NCBI RefSeq assembly: GCF_002895925.1
Contig: NZ_NWUO01000007.1
Span: 137,252 to 169,251, forward strand
Source of the DNA: Mixta theicola
GTDB lineage: Bacteria; Pseudomonadota; Gammaproteobacteria; Enterobacterales; Enterobacteriaceae
Length of the DNA: 32,000 nucleotides
Direction of reading: 5' to 3'
The position numbers were made by a program, and so were the translations under genes. Under the pieces are notes generated by a model. The model was not told the origin of the DNA and did not search any database. It saw nothing but the letters and a program-made list of their open reading frames with translations. Shown piece after piece: positions 27,658 to 32,000 of this stretch (position 1 is the first letter of the stretch; each line of letters begins with the position of its first letter).

Positions 27658-27766
27658 TAAGCAAAAAAGTCTCCTGCTGGGGTTGGTGCTGCGTATAAGA
27701 AGATTCACGTACGCGGTAAATCCTTAACCTCAACTGCGCACTAACGGAAAAGCCATTTCTTTCCTT

Positions 27767-27792
27767 AACAAAACCGCGCCAGCCATAAATTA
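27767..27792 (+). repeat. decayed repeat relic in the CRISPR2 trailer
   Basis: AACAAAACCGCGCCAGCCATAAATTA contains CCGCGCCAGC (27774-27783), an exact 10-mer of the repeat core, followed by ATAAA with the GGGG block deleted. It lies about 138 nt after the last full repeat start. Confidence 0.5.
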
Positions 27793-28015
27793 TTTTTATC
27801 GTTAAAAAGAGGAAAAAGCGCTGCGCCAGGCATCGTAGCTGGAAAACAGCCTTGATAAATAATGTTGCTTTTTTGTAAACGCATTAACAAGTGAAGCAAA
27901 TCCTGCTATGCTGGCCGACGCGAAACCGGACACCTTACCCTACATAAGCATCCTACAGATCGCCGTGAAAAAAGGTGGCCGGAAAGCCCTATACAATGAG
28001 AGCGAGGAGAACGTC

Positions 28016-30613
28016 GTGCTAGATGAATACCGTAAGCACGTTGCCGAGCGTGCTGCCCAGGGAATTGTTGCTAAACCTTTAGATGCATCCCAAATGGCCG
28101 CGCTGGTTGAACTGCTGAAGAACCCTCCTGCGGGTGAAGAAGAATTCCTGTCCGATCTGTTAATTAATCGCGTGCCGCCGGGTGTTGATGAAGCGGCCTA
28201 TGTCAAAGCCGGTTTCCTGGCTGCTATCGCCAAAGGCGAAACGACCTCTCCTCTGGTAACACCTGAAAAAGCGATCGAACTGCTGGGTACTATGCAGGGC
28301 GGCTATAACATTCATCCGCTGATTGACGCGCTGGATGATGAGAAGCTGGCGCCCATCGCGGCGAAAGCGCTGTCCAATACGCTGCTGATGTTCGATAACT
28401 TCTACGATGTGGAAGAGAAAGCCAAAGCGGGCAATCCGCACGCGCAACAGGTAATGCAGTCGTGGGCGAACGCCGAGTGGTATCTGAACCGTCCGGCGCT
28501 GGCTGAAAAAATTACCGTGACCGTATTTAAAGTGACCGGCGAAACCAACACCGACGATCTCTCTCCGGCACCGGATGCCTGGTCACGTCCTGATATTCCG
28601 CTGCATGCGCTGGCTATGCTGAAAAATGCCCGCGAAGGCATCGTTCCGGACGAGCCGGGCAACGTTGGCCCCATCAGACAGATCGAAGCGCTGCAGGCGA
28701 AAGGCTTTCCGCTGGCCTACGTTGGTGACGTCGTCGGCACCGGCTCCTCGCGTAAATCCGCCACCAACTCGGTGCTGTGGTTTATGGGCGACGACATCCC
28801 GCACGTGCCGAACAAAAAAGGCGGCGGCGTGGTGCTGGGCGGTAAAATCGCGCCGATTTTCTTTAACACCATGGAAGATGCTGGCGCGCTGCCGATCGAA
28901 GTGGACGTTAATAACCTGAATATGGGCGATGTGATTGATATTTACCCATACAAAGGCGAAGTGCGTAATCACGAAACCGGCGAGCTGTTGGCTGAGTTCG
29001 CACTGAAAACCGACGTGCTGCTGGATGAAGTTCGCGCCGGCGGCCGTATTCCGCTGATTATCGGTCGCGGCCTGACCACCAAAGCGCGTGAAGCGCTGGG
29101 TCTGCCGCACAGCGATGTATTCCGTCAGGCGAAAGATGTGGCGCAGAGCACGCGCGGCTTCTCGCTGGCGCAGAAAATGGTAGGTCGCGCCTGCGGCGTG
29201 GACGGCATTCGTCCGGGCCAGTACTGCGAACCGAAGATGACCTCTGTGGGCTCTCAGGATACTACCGGTCCGATGACGCGCGATGAGCTGAAAGATCTCG
29301 CTTGCCTCGGCTTCTCCGCCGATCTGGTGATGCAGTCTTTCTGCCATACCGCCGCCTATCCGAAGCCGGTTGACGTGCAGACGCACCATACGCTGCCGGA
29401 CTTTATTATGAACCGTGGCGGCGTGTCGCTGCGTCCGGGCGACGGCATTATCCACAGCTGGCTGAACCGGATGCTGCTGCCGGATACCGTGGGCACCGGC
29501 GGCGACTCGCATACCCGTTTCCCGATCGGCATCTCTTTCCCGGCGGGCTCCGGCCTGGTGGCGTTTGCTGCCGCAACTGGCGTAATGCCGCTGGATATGC
29601 CGGAATCGGTGCTGGTACGCTTCAAAGGCAAAATGCAGCCGGGCATCACCCTGCGCGATCTGGTACACGCGATCCCGCTGTACGCCATTAATCAGGGCCT
29701 GCTGACCGTTGAGAAGAAAGGCAAGAAGAACATCTTCTCTGGCCGCATTCTGGAAATTGAAGGCCTGCCGGAGCTGAAAGTGGAGCAGGCGTTTGAACTG
29801 TCCGACGCTTCCGCCGAGCGTTCCGCTGCCGGTTGTACCATCAAGCTGGATAAAGAGCCGATCGTTGAGTATCTCAACTCCAACATCGTGCTGCTGAAGT
29901 GGATGATTGCGGAAGGCTACGGCGACCGTCGTACGCTGGAGCGTCGTATTCAGGGCATGGAGAAATGGCTGGCCGATCCGCAGCTGATGGAAGCCGATGC
30001 CGATGCGGAATACGCAGCGGTTATCGAAATCGATCTGGCGGAAATCAAGGAGCCGATCCTGTGCGCGCCGAACGATCCGGACGATGCGCGTCTGCTGTCG
30101 GACGTACAGAACGAGAAGATCGATGAGGTCTTTATCGGTTCCTGTATGACCAACATTGGTCACTTCCGCGCGGCGGGTAAACTGCTGGACAGCCATAAAG
30201 GCCAGTTGCCGACCCGCCTGTGGGTAGCGCCGCCGACCAAGATGGATGCGGCACAGCTGACGGAAGAAGGTTACTACAGCGTATTCGGTAAGAGCGGCGC
30301 GCGTATTGAGATCCCAGGCTGCTCGCTGTGCATGGGTAACCAGGCGCGCGTGGCCGATGGCGCAACCGTGGTTTCTACCTCGACGCGTAACTTCCCGAAC
30401 CGTCTGGGCACCGGCGCGAACGTCTATCTGGCCTCCGCCGAACTGGCCGCAGTCTCTTCACTGCTGGGCCGTCTGCCGACGCCGGATGAGTATCAACAGT
30501 TTATGTCTCAGGTTGATAAAACCGCAGTAGATACCTATCGCTATCTGAACTTTGACCAGCTGGAACAGTATACGGACAGAGCGAAAGATGTCATTTTCCA
30601 GACTGCAGTCTGA
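28016..30613 (+). CDS. acnB: aconitate hydratase B / 2-methylisocitrate dehydratase
   Basis: GTG 28016 is preceded by GAGGAG and gives [16 protein letters not shown]..., for a protein of 865 aa, the same length and N-terminus as recalled E. coli AcnB ([16 protein letters not shown]). The C-terminus is VIFQTAV. The ORF-track start at 27908 adds 36 non-homologous residues. Confidence 0.96.
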   Translation: MLDEYRKHVAERAAQGIVAKPLDASQMAALVELLKNPPAGEEEFLSDLLINRVPPGVDEAAYVKAGFLAAIAKGETTSPLVTPEKAIELLGTMQGGYNIHPLIDALDDEKLAPIAAKALSNTLLMFDNFYDVEEKAKAGNPHAQQVMQSWANAEWYLNRPALAEKITVTVFKVTGETNTDDLSPAPDAWSRPDIPLHALAMLKNAREGIVPDEPGNVGPIRQIEALQAKGFPLAYVGDVVGTGSSRKSATNSVLWFMGDDIPHVPNKKGGGVVLGGKIAPIFFNTMEDAGALPIEVDVNNLNMGDVIDIYPYKGEVRNHETGELLAEFALKTDVLLDEVRAGGRIPLIIGRGLTTKAREALGLPHSDVFRQAKDVAQSTRGFSLAQKMVGRACGVDGIRPGQYCEPKMTSVGSQDTTGPMTRDELKDLACLGFSADLVMQSFCHTAAYPKPVDVQTHHTLPDFIMNRGGVSLRPGDGIIHSWLNRMLLPDTVGTGGDSHTRFPIGISFPAGSGLVAFAAATGVMPLDMPESVLVRFKGKMQPGITLRDLVHAIPLYAINQGLLTVEKKGKKNIFSGRILEIEGLPELKVEQAFELSDASAERSAAGCTIKLDKEPIVEYLNSNIVLLKWMIAEGYGDRRTLERRIQGMEKWLADPQLMEADADAEYAAVIEIDLAEIKEPILCAPNDPDDARLLSDVQNEKIDEVFIGSCMTNIGHFRAAGKLLDSHKGQLPTRLWVAPPTKMDAAQLTEEGYYSVFGKSGARIEIPGCSLCMGNQARVADGATVVSTSTRNFPNRLGTGANVYLASAELAAVSSLLGRLPTPDEYQQFMSQVDKTAVDTYRYLNFDQLEQYTDRAKDVIFQTAV

Positions 30614-30635
30614 GATAAATAACAGCGATACAGAA

Positions 30636-30653
30636 GGGCGGAAGTTTCCGCCC
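30636..30653 (+). other. GC hairpin after acnB without a T tract (first copy)
   Basis: GGGCGGAAGTTTCCGCCC lies 23 nt after the acnB stop and is followed by ACAAACGG. Confidence 0.6.
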
Positions 30654-30809
30654 ACAAACGGCTAACCCACTCAAAGCGTGGAGAGCCCAGGCAGAAGAGT
30701 AAAGCGTCCCGCGCCATAGACGGCGCGGACCGAGCTGTCAGGGATGATATTGTTTGCGTCTTTACGATCGGCCAGGGCTCCCCATGCAGACGTGTTGTTA
30801 GCAGTTACA

Positions 30810-30834
30810 GGGCGGAAATTTCCGCCCTTTTTTT
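30810..30834 (+). terminator. rho-independent terminator (second copy of the hairpin plus T7)
   Basis: GGGCGGAAATTTCCGCCC followed by TTTTTTT. Confidence 0.75.
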
Positions 30835-30998
30835 ACGCCTGCAAAAAGCCAGCGCCACCCTCTGGTTATTTATCTCTGCTTATTGCCTGCTTTTCTCCCT
30901 AAAGCGCCGTGCCGGGCGCTGCTTTTCGCGCGTCGGGCTGCGATAATGCGCACAACGTAGTGAATTGAAGCGCAGCAGCATGCGCTAAGGGCAGCAAG

Positions 30999-31361
30999 AT
31001 GGAATATGAATTTTTACGCGACGTCACCAACCAGGTAAAAGTGCGCATGAGCATGGGGCATGAGGCGGTAGGCCACTGGTTTAATGAAGAAGTAAAAGGC
31101 GATATGGCGCTGCTGGATGAGGTAGAAGCGGCGGCGGCGCAGGTAAAAGGCAGCGAAAGAGAATGGTTGCTCCAGGGTCATGAATACCAGCTTTCGCTGA
31201 ATGGCGAAGAGGTAATGATCCGCGCCAATCAGCTTGCCTTTGATACCGATGAGCTGGAAGAGGGCATGAGCTATTACGATGAGGAAAGCCTCTCGTTTTG
31301 CGGCCTTGAAGATTTTCTGGCGGTGATTGCCGCCTATCGCGCCTTTATGCAGGGACGCTGA
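30999..31361 (+). CDS. yacL: UPF0231 family protein YacL
   Basis: 120 aa. [32 protein letters not shown]...[25 protein letters not shown] is close to recalled E. coli YacL. It lies downstream of acnB, as in E. coli. Confidence 0.92.
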   Translation: MEYEFLRDVTNQVKVRMSMGHEAVGHWFNEEVKGDMALLDEVEAAAAQVKGSEREWLLQGHEYQLSLNGEEVMIRANQLAFDTDELEEGMSYYDEESLSFCGLEDFLAVIAAYRAFMQGR

Positions 31362-31807
31362 CGACGTTTAGGCAACCCGCCGTTGCCCGGACGATACCGT
31401 TAGCGATATATCGGCGTATATCGCCGATAGGTTATCTTTCCTGACAGGCTATGCTGCCGCTAAGCCGTCATTATGGCGCTTCCCGGAGCGGCTATTCCAG
31501 TTATCTGTTTCGATTTTTTCCAGCAGGAATTTGGCTACCCGATGGCTTTCCTGCTGACGCTAATCGTCTGGTTAGCGTCACTCTTTCCTTTTGATGACGT
31601 CGGCTGATGCAGAAGAAAAACCATCCGCGCCATTTTTGATTAATTTTAATCATAACCCCATAGTGTAATCTAACCCGCTAATCTGCCGATTAGAGATAAA
31701 ATTTCCACTTTCTATTAATCCTGCACCGATCACATTTAATCACTGATGATTTTGTATAATCATTTTTCGGGCACGAGGCTGTTTAGCAATCACCAGAGGA
31801 AAAGAGA

Positions 31808-32000
31808 GATGAGATTAAAAAAAACGATCGAGAAGGTGCCGGGCGGGATGATGGTGGTGCCGTTGGTTATCGGCGCGTGTCTGAATACCTTTTTCCCGCA
31901 GGCGCTGGAAATCGGCGGCTTCACTACCGCCCTGTTTAAAAATGGCGCGGCAGCGCTAATTGGCGCTTTTCTGCTGTGTATGGGCGCGGGCATCAGTTTT
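31808..32000 (+). CDS. 2-keto-3-deoxygluconate permease-like (KdgT family), 3' end cut by the window edge
   Basis: My own translation from ATG 31808 (SD-like GAGGAAAAGAGAG upstream) is [64 protein letters not shown]. This resembles the KdgT N-terminus (..IE.IPGGMM.VPL..GA..NTF.P). The frame is open to the window end. Confidence 0.6.

Noticed and set aside
27690-27723. Possible degenerate repeat one unit after the last CRISPR2 repeat
   Set aside because: Only ..GCGGTAAATCC resembles ..GGGGATAAACC. The 5' two thirds show no similarity, so it is not counted as a repeat.
27908-28015. N-terminal extension of acnB from ATG 27908
   Set aside because: The 36 extra residues have no counterpart in AcnB. 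GTG 28016 has a GAGGAG SD and reproduces the E. coli length (865 aa) and N-terminus.
31473-31607. 44-codon ORF (MALPGAAIPVICFDFFQQEFGYPMAFLLTLIVWLASLFPFDDVG) with a hydrophobic segment in the yacL-kdgT spacer, and palindromes GCGATATA-N6-TATATCGC at about 31403-31424 and ATGATT-N6-AATCAT at 31746-31763
   Set aside because: The ORF has no SD and no homology I recognise. The palindromes may be operators, and the second overlaps a TATAAT at 31755-31760 upstream of the KdgT-like gene. Neither fits the KdgR box I recall, so no call is made.

Overview
Enterobacterial chromosomal window. The conserved backbone is ampE / aroP / pdhR-aceE-aceF-lpdA ... acnB-yacL, in the same order as E. coli K-12, and it is interrupted twice. 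(1) A GPH-family sugar transporter plus a GH43 glycosidase (minus strand) sit between ampE and aroP. (2) A complete type I-E CRISPR-Cas locus of about 15.7 kb sits between lpdA and acnB. Its order is: leader 1 + CRISPR1 (35 repeats, 34 spacers, plus strand); a ~2.3 kb AT-rich island of largely decayed polymorphic-toxin-like and immunity-like cassettes; heavily decayed CRISPR repeats; cas3 on the MINUS strand; a 304-bp divergent intergenic region; cse1-cse2-cas7-cas5-cas6e-cas1-cas2 on the plus strand; leader 2 + CRISPR2 (25 repeats, 24 spacers). The window ends in the 5' part of a KdgT-like permease gene. No integrase, transposase, tRNA or rRNA was seen. The most interesting signals are all read directly from the sequence. 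(a) The toxin/immunity island is wedged into the trailer of CRISPR1 and joined to the last repeat through a GGGATAAA microhomology. (b) Two inverted CRISPR-repeat-like units lie just upstream of cas3 and conserve exactly the crRNA 5'-handle half and the Cas6e-hairpin half, so they form a possible psi-crRNA or regulatory mini-array. (c) cas3 is inverted relative to the Cascade operon and is bracketed by oppositely oriented repeat relics. Family assignments (DUF6883-like, DUF4926-like, GH43, GPH) rest on motifs recalled from memory and need HMM confirmation.
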